Assembly: GCF_965641715.1 (NCBI RefSeq)
Contig: NZ_OZ282453.1
Source: Escherichia coli
GTDB taxonomy: Bacteria > Pseudomonadota > Gammaproteobacteria > Enterobacterales > Enterobacteriaceae
Direction: 5' to 3' (one strand)
Length of the DNA stretch: 64,000 nucleotides
The position numbers and the translations under genes were made by a program. Below, piece after piece: positions 1-10,928 of this stretch (within the stretch, counting starts at the first letter, position 1; every line of letters starts with the position of its first letter). Under the pieces are notes generated by a model that was given only the letters and a program-made list of their open reading frames with translations, did no database searches and was not told where the DNA came from.

Positions 1-208
1 GCGTGCGCATGCCACCGGTGAAGTGGACGATAGCAAATTTAACGTGCTTGGTGGCTCGATTGCATACGGGCATCCCTTTGCGGCGACCGGCGCGCGAATG
101 ATAACCCAGACATTGCATGAACTTCGCCGCCGCGGCGGTGGATTTGGTTTAGTGACCGCCTGTGCTGCCGGTGGGCTTGGCGCGGCAATGGTTCTGGAGG
201 CGGAATAA
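1..208 (+). CDS. fadI: 3-ketoacyl-CoA thiolase FadI, C-terminal end (gene begins upstream of window)
   Basis: ORF end ...[20 protein letters not shown] is a thiolase C-terminus. The stop overlaps the fadJ start (TAATG), as in the fadIJ operon. Confidence 0.85.
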
Positions 209-2352
209 TGGGAATGGCATCAGCGTTTACTCTTAATGTTCGTCTGGACAACATTGCTATCATCACCATCGACGTATCGGGTGAGAAAATGAATACCCTG
301 AAGGCGGAGTTTGCCTCGCAGGTGCGCGCCATTATTAAGCAACTCCGTGAAAACAAAGAGTTGCGAGGCGTGGTGTTTGTCTCCGCTAAACCGGACAACT
401 TCATTGCTGGCGCAGACATCAACATGATCGGCAACTGCAAAACGGCGCAAGAAGCGGAAGCTCTGGCGCGGCAGGGCCAACAGTTGATGGCGGAGATTCA
501 TGCTTTGCCCATTCCGGTTATTGCCGCTATTCATGGCGCTTGCCTGGGCGGTGGGCTGGAGCTGGCGCTCGCGTGCCACGGTCGCGTTTGTACTGACGAT
601 CCTAAAACGGTGCTCGGTTTGCCTGAAGTACAACTTGGATTGTTACCCGGTTCAGGCGGCACCCAGCGTTTACCGCGTCTGATAGGCGTCAGCACAGCAT
701 TAGAGATGATCCTCACCGGAAAACAACTTCGGGCGAAACAGGCATTAAAGCTGGGGCTGGTGGATGACGTCGTTCCGCACTCCATTCTGCTGGAAGCCGC
801 TGTTGAGCTGGCAAAGCAGGATCGTCCATCTTCCCGCCCTCTACCTGTACGCGAGCGTATTCTGGCGGGGCCGTTAGGTCGTGCGCTGCTGTTCAAAATG
901 GTCGGCAAGAAAACTGAGCACAAAACTCAGGGTAACTACCCGGCGACAGAACGTATTCTTGACGTTATTGAAACCGGATTAGCGCAGGGGACCAGCAGTG
1001 GCTATGACGCTGAAGCTCGCGCCTTTGGCGAACTGGCGATGACGCCACAATCGCAAGCTTTGCGTAGTATCTTTTTTGCCAGTACTGAAGTGAAGAAAGA
1101 TCCCGGTAGTGATGCGCCGCCTGCGTCATTAAACAGCGTGGGGATTTTAGGCGGTGGCTTGATGGGCGGTGGAATTGCCTACGTTACTGCCTGTAAAGCG
1201 GCTCTACCGGTAAGAATTAAAGATATCAACGCTCAGGGCATAAATCATGCGCTGAAGTACAGTTGGGATCAGCTTGATGGCAAAGTGCGCCGCCGCCATC
1301 TCAAAGCCAGCGAACGCGACAAGCAACTGGCTTTAATTTCGGGGACGACAGATTATCGCGGCTTTGCCCATCGCGATCTGATTATTGAAGCGGTGTTTGA
1401 AAATCTCGAGTTAAAACAACAGATGGTGGCGGAAGTGGAGCAAAACTGCGCCGCTCATACCATCTTTGCTTCGAATACTTCATCTTTACCGATTGGTGAT
1501 ATCGCCGCTCACGCCGCGCGACCTGAGCAGGTTATTGGCCTGCATTACTTCAGCCCGGTGGAAAAAATGCCGCTGGTGGAGATTATTCCTCATGCGGGTA
1601 CATCGGCGCAAACCATCGCCACTACGGTAAAACTGGCGAAAAAACAGGGCAAAACGCCAATCGTCGTGCGTGACAAAGCCGGGTTTTACGTCAATCGCAT
1701 CTTAGCGCCTTACATTAATGAAGCTATCCGCATGCTGACCGAAGGTGAACGGGTAGAGCACATTGATGCCGCGCTAGTGAAATTTGGTTTTCCGGTAGGT
1801 CCAATCCAACTTTTGGATGAGGTAGGAATCGACACCGGGACTAAAATTATTCCTGTACTGGAAGCCGCTTATGGAGAACGTTTTAGCGCGCCTGCAAATG
1901 TTGTTTCTTCAATTTTGAACGACGATCGCAAAGGCAGAAAAAATGGTCGGGGTTTCTATCTTTATGGTCAGAAAGGGCGTAAAAGCAAAAAACAGGTCGA
2001 TCCTGCCATTTACCCGCTCATTGGCGCACAAGGGCAGGGGCGACTCTCCGCACCGCAGGTTGCTGAACGGTGTGTGATGTTGATGCTGAATGAAGCAGTA
2101 CGTTGTGTTGATGAGCAGGTTATCCGTAGCGTGCGTGACGGGGATATTGGTGCGGTATTTGGCATTGGTTTTCCGCCATTTCTCGGTGGACCGTTTCGCT
2201 ATATCGATTCTCTCGGCGCGGGCGAAGTGGTTGCAATAATGCAACGACTGGCCACGCAGTATGGTTCACGTTTTACCCCTTGCGAGCGTTTAGTCGAGAT
2301 GGGTGCGCGTGGGGAAAGTTTTTGGAAAACAACTGCAACTGACCTGCAATAA
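208..2352 (+). CDS. fadJ: Anaerobic fatty-acid oxidation multifunctional enzyme FadJ (enoyl-CoA hydratase / 3-hydroxyacyl-CoA dehydrogenase)
   Basis: 714-aa ORF. It has an N-terminal crotonase fold ([11 protein letters not shown]) and a central Rossmann [10 protein letters not shown] motif, and matches remembered K-12 FadJ in length and start. Confidence 0.95.
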   Translation: MGMASAFTLNVRLDNIAIITIDVSGEKMNTLKAEFASQVRAIIKQLRENKELRGVVFVSAKPDNFIAGADINMIGNCKTAQEAEALARQGQQLMAEIHALPIPVIAAIHGACLGGGLELALACHGRVCTDDPKTVLGLPEVQLGLLPGSGGTQRLPRLIGVSTALEMILTGKQLRAKQALKLGLVDDVVPHSILLEAAVELAKQDRPSSRPLPVRERILAGPLGRALLFKMVGKKTEHKTQGNYPATERILDVIETGLAQGTSSGYDAEARAFGELAMTPQSQALRSIFFASTEVKKDPGSDAPPASLNSVGILGGGLMGGGIAYVTACKAALPVRIKDINAQGINHALKYSWDQLDGKVRRRHLKASERDKQLALISGTTDYRGFAHRDLIIEAVFENLELKQQMVAEVEQNCAAHTIFASNTSSLPIGDIAAHAARPEQVIGLHYFSPVEKMPLVEIIPHAGTSAQTIATTVKLAKKQGKTPIVVRDKAGFYVNRILAPYINEAIRMLTEGERVEHIDAALVKFGFPVGPIQLLDEVGIDTGTKIIPVLEAAYGERFSAPANVVSSILNDDRKGRKNGRGFYLYGQKGRKSKKQVDPAIYPLIGAQGQGRLSAPQVAERCVMLMLNEAVRCVDEQVIRSVRDGDIGAVFGIGFPPFLGGPFRYIDSLGAGEVVAIMQRLATQYGSRFTPCERLVEMGARGESFWKTTATDLQ

Positions 2353-2554
2353 GAAGGTCAAAGCTATATGAATCCGCGCTGAATGGCGGATTGCTGGTCA
2401 AAATGTAAACGCATATTGACTATACTTACGCCATTGAGGTAAAAAACAGCGTTTCATTCGGTGAATGGATAAGGCACAATGCCGGCCACCGTTTTCTTTC
2501 TCTGGTTTCAGATGAAAGAAAACGGGCGAATCTGGTTAACAAAAGCGGTGCAAT

Positions 2555-3040
2555 ATGCAAGTTTTTATCATGCGTCACGGCGACGCAGCCCTCGATGCCG
2601 CCAGTGATTCGGTTCGTCCTCTGACTACTAATGGTTGTGACGAATCTCGCCTGATGGCGAACTGGCTGAAAGGTCAAAAAGTGGAAATCGAACGCGTTCT
2701 GGTGAGCCCGTTCCTGCGAGCCGAGCAAACACTGGAGGAAGTAGGGGATTGTCTGAACCTGCCTTCCAGTGCAGAAGTTCTGCCGGAGTTAACGCCCTGC
2801 GGCGATGTTGGTCTGGTCAGTGCCTATTTGCAGGCGTTGACCAATGAAGGTGTTGCTTCGGTGTTGGTTATCTCCCACTTACCGTTAGTCGGGTATCTGG
2901 TTGCCGAGTTATGTCCGGGCGAAACGCCGCCTATGTTTACCACCTCGGCCATTGCCAGCGTAACGCTTGATGAAAGCGGAAAAGGCGAGTTCAACTGGCA
3001 GATGAGCCCATGTAATTTGAAGATGGCGAAAGCTATCTGA
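2555..3040 (+). CDS. sixA: Phosphohistidine phosphatase SixA
   Basis: 161-aa ORF starting MQVFIMRHGDA (RHG histidine-phosphatase motif). It sits after fadJ as in K-12. Confidence 0.95.
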   Translation: MQVFIMRHGDAALDAASDSVRPLTTNGCDESRLMANWLKGQKVEIERVLVSPFLRAEQTLEEVGDCLNLPSSAEVLPELTPCGDVGLVSAYLQALTNEGVASVLVISHLPLVGYLVAELCPGETPPMFTTSAIASVTLDESGKGEFNWQMSPCNLKMAKAI

Positions 3041-3053
3041 TTCGTTTGAAAAA

Positions 3054-3092
3054 ATGCCCGATGTACAGCTTACATCGGGCATTTGTCTTTTT
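3054..3092 (+). terminator. Rho-independent terminator after sixA
   Basis: 12-bp stem ATGCCCGATGTA / TACATCGGGCAT (3054-3065 / 3071-3082) followed by a T-rich tail. Confidence 0.65.
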
Positions 3093-3685
3093 GCAATAGT
3101 AGATATTCACTCAAAACCTTTCACGGAGTTGATACGCTTCGATACAGAATTCATCGCACTTTTTCCTCTGCTTCCCTATTAATTTCTGACGAAATGAGAC
3201 TAAGTTGTAATGTATTTTTACAAAGCATCAAACTAATAGAACAGTTAATAATAAAAAAGAAATGATATTTTCGTGTCTTAATTTAATATTATTTGTGATG
3301 TGTTAATAGTATAACTTCAAAAAAGTACAATCTCAAACTTAATCTAAGATTGTCTTTTTTGCGCAGGTTATTCATAAATTGAAATTATGTGTAAGATATT
3401 TTTTTAAGCATTTCATTTCTTTTTTATAAGAAAATCCTCAAAATATTTCTATTCTGGCTATACATTAAGCGGTCCTTAATTCGCTGTTAAGTAAATATAA
3501 TTTGAAACAATAAAGACAAAATATCACCATCCGCCCACACCAAAGAATATCTTCTTATGCGACCTATTTTCTTGTTAGTTAGATCGGATAGCTTATTCAA
3601 TGGCTGGGTATAAATAATTGCTATTGACTGAATCAATGTATTGCAATGTTTATATTTTTAATTATTTATGGTTTAAGGACAAATA

Positions 3686-4249
3686 ATGAGTAAGTTTGTA
3701 AAAACAGCTATTGCTGCAACAATGGTAATGGGTGCGTTCGCTTCTACTTCAACAATCGCCGCTGGCAACAATGGTACAGCACGTTTCTACGGCACCATTG
3801 AAGATTCCCCGTGCTCCATCGTTCCTGATGATCACAAACTGGAAGTTGATATGGGTGACATTGGTTCAGGGATCCTGAAAAACAACGGGACTTCTACACC
3901 GAAAGCTTTCCAGATCCATCTGCAAGACTGTGTGTTTGACACCCAGACAACGATGACCACTACCTTCACCGGTAACGCGTCTTCTACCAACAGCGGCAAT
4001 TACTACACCATTTACAATACCGATACTGGTGCGGCATTTAACAATGTCAGCCTGGCCATTGGTGACGCTCAGGGAACCTCTTATAAAAGCGGCGCGGGTA
4101 TCGAACAGAAAATCGTAAACGATACGGCGACCAACAAAGGCAAAGCGAAGCAGACGCTGGACTTTAAAGCCTGGCTGGTGGGCGCGGCTGATGCGCCAGA
4201 TTTAGGTAATTTTGAAGCCAACACGACCTTCCAGATTACTTATCTCTAA
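3686..4249 (+). CDS. yfcV: Yfc chaperone-usher fimbria, major subunit
   Basis: 187-aa ORF with a signal peptide and a fimbrial-subunit C-terminus (...TTFQITYL). It is the first gene of the yfc cluster and is preceded by a 640-bp AT-rich regulatory region. Confidence 0.9.
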   Translation: MSKFVKTAIAATMVMGAFASTSTIAAGNNGTARFYGTIEDSPCSIVPDDHKLEVDMGDIGSGILKNNGTSTPKAFQIHLQDCVFDTQTTMTTTFTGNASSTNSGNYYTIYNTDTGAAFNNVSLAIGDAQGTSYKSGAGIEQKIVNDTATNKGKAKQTLDFKAWLVGAADAPDLGNFEANTTFQITYL

Positions 4250-4256
4250 GTGATAC

Positions 4257-4285
4257 CCCCATAGCTTTCGGGCTATGGGGTTTTT
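4257..4285 (+). terminator. Intra-operon hairpin/attenuator between major subunit and usher
   Basis: Stem CCCCATAGC (4257-4265) / GCTATGGGG (4272-4280) followed by TTTTT. Confidence 0.75.
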
Positions 4286-4330
4286 AAATGGAATTCGCGC
4301 AAATTATAATAATTACGGATGGATACGTGT

Positions 4331-6970
4331 ATGCCTGACCATTCTCTTTTCCGACTGCGGGTACTTCCCTGCTGCGTTGCATTGGCAATGTCCGGGAGTT
4401 ATGTCAATGCCTGGGCTGAAGATGAAATTCAGTTTGATTCCCGTTTTCTGGAGTTAAAAGGCGACACAAAAATCGATCTGAAGCGATTTTCCAGCCAGGG
4501 TTATGTCGAGCCTGGGAAATACAATTTACAGGTTCAACTAAATAAACAGCCGCTGACGGAAGAATACGATATTTTCTGGTACGCCTCTGAGAACGATGCC
4601 AGTAAAACCTATGCCTGCCTGACGCCTGAACTGGTCGCGCAGTTTGGCTTAAAAGAGGATGTGGCAAAAAACCTGCAATGGATCCACGACGGCAAATGCC
4701 TGAAACCCGGTCAACTGGAAGGCATTGATATTAAAGCTGACCTGAGTCAGTCAGCGTTAGTCATTTCATTACCCCAGGCTTACCTTGAATATACCGACAT
4801 CAACTGGGATCCGCCTTCACGCTGGGATGACGGTATATCTGGTTTAATTGCTGACTACAGTATTACCGCCCAGACACGACATGAAGAAAATGGCGGGGAT
4901 GACAGCAATGAAATTAGCGGTAACGGGACGGTTGGGGTGAACCTCGGCGCATGGCGTCTTCGTGCCGACTGGCAGACTGATTATTTGCATAGTAAAAGCA
5001 ATGATGACGATGTTATCAACGGTGATGACACGCAAAAAAACTGGGAGTGGAGCCGCTACTACGCCTGGCGAGCCTTACCGTCGCTAAAAGCCAAACTTGG
5101 GCTTGGCGAAGACTACCTGAATTCTGATATTTTCGACGGCTTTAACTACGTGGGTGGCAGTATCAGCACCGACGATCAAATGTTGCCGCCGAATCTGCGC
5201 GGCTATGCGCCGGATATCTCCGGCGTGGCGCACACCACCGCGAAAGTGACCGTCAGCCAGATGGGCCGCGTGATTTACGAAACTCAGGTCCCGGCGGGGC
5301 CGTTCCGTATCCAGGATCTTGGCGATTCCGTCTCCGGTACGCTGCATATCCGCATTGAAGAGCAGAACGGTCAGGTGCAGGAATATGACATTAACACTGC
5401 GTCAATGCCGTTCCTGACCCGCCCCGGCCAGGTGCGCTATAAACTGATGATGGGCCGCCCGCAGGAGTGGGGGCACCACGTGGAAGGCGGTTTCTTCTCC
5501 GGCGGCGAAGCTTCCTGGGGGATTGCCAACGGCTGGTCGCTCTACGGCGGGGCGCTGGCAGATGAACACTATCAGTCGGCGGCGCTTGGCATCGGTCGCG
5601 ACCTGTCTGCCTTTGGCGCGGTCGCCTTTGATATCACCCACTCGCATACCCGCCTGGATAAAGAAACTGCCTACGGTAAAGGTTCACTGGACGGTAACTC
5701 GTTTCGCGTGAGCTATTCCAAAGACTTCGATGAACTGAACAGCCGCGTCACTTTTGCCGGATACCGCTTCTCGGAAGAGAACTTCATGACCATGAGCGAG
5801 TATCTCGATGCCAGCGACAGCGAAATGGTGCGCACCGGCAACGACAAAGAGATGTACACCGCCACCTATAACCAGAACTTCAGGGATGCCGGTGTGTCTG
5901 TTTATCTCAACTACACCCGCCATACCTACTGGGATCGCGACGAACAGACTAACTACAACATCATGCTCTCGCACTACTTCAACCTGGGCAGTATCCGCAA
6001 CATGAGCATTTCCATGACCGGATACCGCTACGAGTATGACAACCAGGCCGATAAAGGTGTGTACATATCGCTCAGTATGCCGTGGGGTGACAGCAGCACC
6101 ATCAGCTATAACGGCAACTACGGCAGCGGTTCGGACAGCAGCCAGGTGGGGTATTTCAGCCGTGTCGATGACGCAACCCATTACCAGTTGAACGTAGGCA
6201 CCAGCGACAATCACTCCAGCGTTGACGGTTATTACAGCCACGACGGATCGCTGGCGCAGGTCGATCTCAGCGCTAACTACCATGAAGGGCAGTACACCTC
6301 GGCGGGTATTTCCTTACAGGGCGGCGCGACGCTCACCGCACAAGGTGGCGCGCTCCACCGTACCCAGAATATGGGCGGCACGCGTCTGTTAATAGATGCC
6401 GATGGCGTGGTCGGTGTTCCGGTGGAAGGAAACGGTGCAGCGGTTTACACCAATATGTTCGGTAAGGCCGTGGTGGCAGACGTCAACAACTACTACCGCA
6501 ACCAGGCGTATATCGACCTAAACAACCTGCCGGAAAACGCCGAAGCCACCCAGTCCGTGGTGCAGGCCACCCTTACCGAAGGGGCCATTGGCTACCGTAA
6601 GTTCTCGGTTATCAGCGGGCAAAAAGCGATGGCGGTCCTGCGTCTGCAGGATGGTAGCTACCCGCCGTTTGGCGCGGAAGTGAAAAATGACAACGCGCAG
6701 AACGTTGGTCTGGTTGACGATGACGGCAACGTCTACCTCGCGGGCGTCAAACCTGGCGAGCATATGATCGTTTCATGGGGCGGTGTGGCCCACTGCGATA
6801 TTCATCTGCCTGACCCGCTGCCAGCCGATCTGTTCAATGGCCTGTTATTACCATGCCAGCAAACAGGGGCGATATCTCCTTCGATGCCTCATGAAATTAA
6901 GCCGATGATCCAGGAGCAGACCCAGCAGGTGATGCCAACGGAAGCACCGGTATCGGTATCCGCCAATTAA
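4331..6970 (+). CDS. yfcU: Fimbrial outer-membrane usher (intact)
   Basis: Long uninterrupted ORF. I chose the start at MPDHSLFRLRVLP to match the remembered K-12 YfcU N-terminus. The sequence has usher-typical composition (FDSRFL..., beta-barrel Y/G-rich). Confidence 0.88.
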   Translation: MPDHSLFRLRVLPCCVALAMSGSYVNAWAEDEIQFDSRFLELKGDTKIDLKRFSSQGYVEPGKYNLQVQLNKQPLTEEYDIFWYASENDASKTYACLTPELVAQFGLKEDVAKNLQWIHDGKCLKPGQLEGIDIKADLSQSALVISLPQAYLEYTDINWDPPSRWDDGISGLIADYSITAQTRHEENGGDDSNEISGNGTVGVNLGAWRLRADWQTDYLHSKSNDDDVINGDDTQKNWEWSRYYAWRALPSLKAKLGLGEDYLNSDIFDGFNYVGGSISTDDQMLPPNLRGYAPDISGVAHTTAKVTVSQMGRVIYETQVPAGPFRIQDLGDSVSGTLHIRIEEQNGQVQEYDINTASMPFLTRPGQVRYKLMMGRPQEWGHHVEGGFFSGGEASWGIANGWSLYGGALADEHYQSAALGIGRDLSAFGAVAFDITHSHTRLDKETAYGKGSLDGNSFRVSYSKDFDELNSRVTFAGYRFSEENFMTMSEYLDASDSEMVRTGNDKEMYTATYNQNFRDAGVSVYLNYTRHTYWDRDEQTNYNIMLSHYFNLGSIRNMSISMTGYRYEYDNQADKGVYISLSMPWGDSSTISYNGNYGSGSDSSQVGYFSRVDDATHYQLNVGTSDNHSSVDGYYSHDGSLAQVDLSANYHEGQYTSAGISLQGGATLTAQGGALHRTQNMGGTRLLIDADGVVGVPVEGNGAAVYTNMFGKAVVADVNNYYRNQAYIDLNNLPENAEATQSVVQATLTEGAIGYRKFSVISGQKAMAVLRLQDGSYPPFGAEVKNDNAQNVGLVDDDGNVYLAGVKPGEHMIVSWGGVAHCDIHLPDPLPADLFNGLLLPCQQTGAISPSMPHEIKPMIQEQTQQVMPTEAPVSVSAN

Positions 6971-6992
6971 TAACGTGATTAAGGAATGATCC

Positions 6993-7745
6993 ATGACGAA
7001 TCTATTTTGCTCTGCCAAAAAATCCACAATGTTGCTGGCATTGCTACTAACCACTGCCAGCCTGTCAGCACAGGCCTCTGTCACGCCAGACCGTACACGC
7101 CTGATTTTTAATGAGAGTGATAAATCAATCAGCGTCACGCTGCGTAATAACGACCCGAAAATGCCGTATCTGGCACAAAGCTGGATGGAAGATGAACAGG
7201 GTAACAGGATTAGCTCGCCACTGACGGCCCTGCCGCCGGTGCAGCGCATCGATTCCATGATGAACGGCCAGGTGAAGGTGCAGGGGATGCCGGATATCAA
7301 CAAGCTGCCTGCCGACCGCGAGAGCGTGTTCTACTTCAACGTGCGTGAAATTCCGCCGAAATCGAATAAACCCAACACGTTACAGATAGTGCTGCAAACG
7401 CGCATCAAGCTGTTCTGGCGACCAAAGGCGCTGGAAAACGTCAGCATGAAAAACCCGTGGCAGCATAAGGTGACCTTAACCCGCAGCGGTCAGGAGTTTA
7501 CCGTCAATAATCCTACGCCGTACTACGTGGTTATCAGTAACGCCAGCACGCAGAAAAATGGCAATCCGGCAGCGGGATTTTCCCCCATGGTGATATCGCC
7601 AAAAACCTCTGTGCCGTTAAAAGTCAAAATGGATAGCGTCCCGGTGCTGTCTTACGTCAACGACTATGGCGCACGGATGCCGCTGTATTTTAAATGTGGC
7701 GGTGATACATGCCAGGTGGATGTAGAGCAGAGCCGCAAAGGCTGA
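6993..7745 (+). CDS. yfcS: Periplasmic fimbrial chaperone (PapD-like)
   Basis: 250-aa ORF with a signal peptide and chaperone motifs (TRLIFNESDKSISVTLRN, FYFNVREIPP). Confidence 0.9.
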   Translation: MTNLFCSAKKSTMLLALLLTTASLSAQASVTPDRTRLIFNESDKSISVTLRNNDPKMPYLAQSWMEDEQGNRISSPLTALPPVQRIDSMMNGQVKVQGMPDINKLPADRESVFYFNVREIPPKSNKPNTLQIVLQTRIKLFWRPKALENVSMKNPWQHKVTLTRSGQEFTVNNPTPYYVVISNASTQKNGNPAAGFSPMVISPKTSVPLKVKMDSVPVLSYVNDYGARMPLYFKCGGDTCQVDVEQSRKG

Positions 7746-7760
7746 TGCCGGGAGAGCGAC

Positions 7761-8264
7761 ATGAGACAAATTTTTGTTGTGGGGGTGGGTATATTACTGC
7801 TGGGCGTTAGTGGGATATATAACATTATCCTTGCAAATTCAAAACCTGTTGATCTCATTTTACAGGTACATGTAGATCCTCCTCCGCCATGTAGCGTAAC
7901 GGGGAGTTCAGTAGATTTTCAGACTGTGAATATCAACGATATCAATGGTAGTAATTATCGTAAAGATGCAGGATATACGTTGTCATGCCCTGACCGAAAA
8001 GCTGATGATTTACGTATGCAGTTGAGAGGAAACACCACCACAATTAATGGAGAAAAAGTCGTTGATGTAGGGGTTCCAGGATTTGGTATTCGAATCGAGA
8101 ATGCAGATAACAACTCACTATTCTCCATTGGAGAAAACAACTGGACCCCTTTCAATATCACATCACAGCCGAAACTTAATGCAGTCCCGGTAAAACAAAG
8201 TGGTGCACAACTTTCAGGGGCCGATTTTAGTGGGAGTTTAACAATGGTGGTGGATTATCAATGA
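7761..8264 (+). CDS. yfcR: Fimbrial minor subunit
   Basis: 167-aa ORF with a signal-like N-terminus and a fimbrial C-terminal strand (...LTMVVDYQ). Position in the yfc operon fits. Confidence 0.8.
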   Translation: MRQIFVVGVGILLLGVSGIYNIILANSKPVDLILQVHVDPPPPCSVTGSSVDFQTVNINDINGSNYRKDAGYTLSCPDRKADDLRMQLRGNTTTINGEKVVDVGVPGFGIRIENADNNSLFSIGENNWTPFNITSQPKLNAVPVKQSGAQLSGADFSGSLTMVVDYQ

Positions 8265-8737
8265 AAATACTCTTGTATTTATTGCTCTGTATGAGCAGCG
8301 GTATTGTGAATGCATCACCGGATATCACCTTCAAAGGAACTCTTGTATTGCCTCCGGCATGTACTATTAGTGATGGAAACACTATCGAGGTGGAGTTCAG
8401 GGATGTAATTATCGATAGCATTGATGGAAATAATGGGCGAGAGGTCGTGCCCTACGATATTAAATGTGATGCTGTTACACCCGGTAGTTCCTGGGATATG
8501 ACATTGACATGGATAGGCACACAAACAAGTTATGATGATGCTGCAATCGAAACTGATGTAACAGGATTAGGGATTAAACTTCGGCAAAATGGTCAGCCAT
8601 TTAGAGTAAATACACCGATACAAATTAACGCCGATACGAAACCACAATTAGAGGCTGTCCCCGTGAAGGCGGTAGATGCTGTATTAACAGACGGAACGTT
8701 TTCAGCTTCGGCCACATTACGGGTGGAATATCAATGA
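8261..8737 (+). CDS. yfcQ: Fimbrial minor subunit
   Basis: 158-aa ORF overlapping yfcR by 4 nt, with fimbrial C-terminus ...TLRVEYQ. Confidence 0.8.
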   Translation: MKILLYLLLCMSSGIVNASPDITFKGTLVLPPACTISDGNTIEVEFRDVIIDSIDGNNGREVVPYDIKCDAVTPGSSWDMTLTWIGTQTSYDDAAIETDVTGLGIKLRQNGQPFRVNTPIQINADTKPQLEAVPVKAVDAVLTDGTFSASATLRVEYQ

Positions 8738-9258
8738 AGATGAAAACCTGGTTCGCACTCATAGTAATGCTGTTACTGGCAGGAAATAGCACAGCGCGTG
8801 CAGACAATAATTTACACTTCTACGGAAATTTATTAAGTAAATCTTGTACCCTGGTAGTACAAGGACAAGTGCTGGCTGAAGTCCATTTCCCAAGTATCAG
8901 CAGCAGAGATTTAATGTCACGGGAACAATCTGATCGTGTGCCGGTCGTTTTTCAATTGAAAGATTGCAAAGGGCCTGTTGGTTACAAAGTTAGAGTTACG
9001 TTAACCGGTACCGAAGATAGCGATTTGCCAGGGTTTCTGGCTTTGGATGCATCATCGGGTGCGCAAGGTGTGAGCATTGGCATGGAAACAGTTGATGGGA
9101 TACAGGTCCCCATCAACAATTCGGCAGGGGCAATATTTAACCTGAGTAACGGTGCTAATAATCTTAACTTTAAGGCTTGGTTGCAGGCGAAATCTGGGCG
9201 TGAAGTCACTTCTGGTGAATTTACTGCCAGCCTGACGGCAATTTTTGAGTATATCTAA
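8734..9258 (+). CDS. yfcP: Fimbrial minor subunit
   Basis: 174-aa ORF with a signal peptide and fimbrial C-terminus ...LTAIFEYI. Confidence 0.8.
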   Translation: MKMKTWFALIVMLLLAGNSTARADNNLHFYGNLLSKSCTLVVQGQVLAEVHFPSISSRDLMSREQSDRVPVVFQLKDCKGPVGYKVRVTLTGTEDSDLPGFLALDASSGAQGVSIGMETVDGIQVPINNSAGAIFNLSNGANNLNFKAWLQAKSGREVTSGEFTASLTAIFEYI

Positions 9259-10098
9259 ATGAAAATAAAAGTGATTTTATTTGGTATGTTATTGTTCGGG
9301 CTTAATTCTTCTGTACAAGCAGACGTTACATTTAATAATGTTCAGACTTATGGCGCATCTTATGGCAGTGGGCTAACAACATCTATCGTTTATAAAATAG
9401 ATGTGTTAACCCCTGAAGGGGCATATTATGGGACATATTCACAAGGGGGGATTATGGTACAGGCAGGAGTTGTGCCTAACTTAACCTGGACTGGACCGGG
9501 TGTCCCCCCAGACATAACAATTCCGCCAGGGCGGGCACCGATAGTAGATGATTCTTATTGTCCCGGTATGACCTCTGGTTGGGTTTGTCATAGACTTCCT
9601 GTAAATGTACATGTTACGGGTACAACCCATGGTTGCCCTTGGGTGGTGACAACATCAATTTATAGCACAGCAAGGCCTCCGCAGGCGGGGCCATATTATT
9701 ATCAGGGGCCGAATGCGCACCAATCAAATTGTCCAACAGAGCCAGTAGCAAGCTATGATATTTCCTGGGATGAAAACACCGTTGTTCATAATAAATCATT
9801 AAGCCTGCAATCTACGGGGGGGGTTATTGAGAAATCGTTGCCGACATTCTTAATGAAAGATGGGCGATTATGTGATGGCAGTGACTTCAGTGATGACCGT
9901 GGAGCCTATTGTCGCCTGGTATCACAATTAATGACGTTTAGTGTCCAGGGTTGTGATAACAATAAAGTGAACGTAACGGCAAACCGACATCCTGTAACTG
10001 ATAAACAACTCCATGACATGCAGGTGCGTGTTGATACTAGTGAACGGCAAAGTTTTGATGCTACATGTCGCTTTCAATATATTCTTAATGAACTTTAA
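9259..10098 (+). CDS. yfcO: Fimbrial tip/adhesin-like protein
   Basis: 279-aa ORF with a signal peptide. It is Cys-rich and is the last gene of the yfc cluster, as in K-12. Confidence 0.75.
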   Translation: MKIKVILFGMLLFGLNSSVQADVTFNNVQTYGASYGSGLTTSIVYKIDVLTPEGAYYGTYSQGGIMVQAGVVPNLTWTGPGVPPDITIPPGRAPIVDDSYCPGMTSGWVCHRLPVNVHVTGTTHGCPWVVTTSIYSTARPPQAGPYYYQGPNAHQSNCPTEPVASYDISWDENTVVHNKSLSLQSTGGVIEKSLPTFLMKDGRLCDGSDFSDDRGAYCRLVSQLMTFSVQGCDNNKVNVTANRHPVTDKQLHDMQVRVDTSERQSFDATCRFQYILNEL

Positions 10099-10125
10099 TT
10101 AATATTATTAGCCTCGACAGTGTTC

Positions 10126-10160
10126 GTAGCCGGATAAGGCGTTTACCCCGCATCCGGCAT
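10126..10160. repeat. REP (repetitive extragenic palindrome) element
   Basis: GTAGCCGGATAAGGCGTTTACCCCGCATCCGGCAT, which matches the REP consensus. Confidence 0.55.
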
Positions 10161-10211
10161 TTGGTCCCAGCATTCAGGGCGAAATGGCAAAACGCATCCG
10201 CCCCCTAATAT

Positions 10212-10763
10212 TCATGGCAACTCCGGCGGTAGCCACTCTTCCACTTCAATCAACACTAACAACGCTGCATCTCCGCCGTACTCTTTCGGCGCCTGGTGAA
10301 ATGCCATTACATGCGGATGTTGTGCCAGCCACAGCGGCGTTTGCTGTTTTAAAATATGCTTCCCGTGCCCGTGCATTACGCAAGCGCAAAACACATGTTC
10401 ACGGCGGCAGGCGGCAATCAACGCCCCCAGTTCCTGCTTGGCCTGTAGCTGCGTCAGACCGTGTAAATCCAAAAACAATTCCGGCGAATAATCACCGCGT
10501 CGCAACTTCTTCGCTTCAAAATGACTAACATCCGGGCGGACATATTTCACTGGGCCTTCGGTATTCAGTAACGGCTGAAACTCATCTGAGAAATAATGGC
10601 TGGCATCAGCCTGCTCCTGGATCAAGCGTTTCACCGGCACTTCGCTGACTTTTTTACGCTGTGGCCGATGGACAATGGTGTCCTGCTTAATCTTGCGAGT
10701 CCCCGCCATCAACTGGCGAAACAGAGCCTGGTCCTCCTCGCTAAGTGTTGTTTTCTTTTTCAT
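10212..10763 (-). CDS. smrB: Smr-domain ribosome-rescue endonuclease SmrB
   Basis: 183-aa ORF with a C-terminal Smr domain ([15 protein letters not shown]...HGHG). It is divergent from prmB as in K-12. Confidence 0.9.
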   Translation of the reverse strand: MKKKTTLSEEDQALFRQLMAGTRKIKQDTIVHRPQRKKVSEVPVKRLIQEQADASHYFSDEFQPLLNTEGPVKYVRPDVSHFEAKKLRRGDYSPELFLDLHGLTQLQAKQELGALIAACRREHVFCACVMHGHGKHILKQQTPLWLAQHPHVMAFHQAPKEYGGDAALLVLIEVEEWLPPELP

Positions 10764-10928
10764 TTATCTGTCTCTATTTCTAATTTTCCTACAGTTTACC
10801 CGACTCGTAGCGCAATCGATCGTTTTAAACGTATTTTTCCTCACTCACCGCGCGTGAATGCTGATTTATCGTCATCTTCATGGCAAACTAGCCGCCGAAA
10901 TTATTGCGATCATGCCCTGGAGGAATAC

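Noticed and set aside
10596-10928. N-terminal 111-codon extension of the prmB ORF
   Set aside because: It overlaps smrB on the opposite strand. The GTG at 10929 reproduces the known 310-aa PrmB N-terminus MDKIFVDE.
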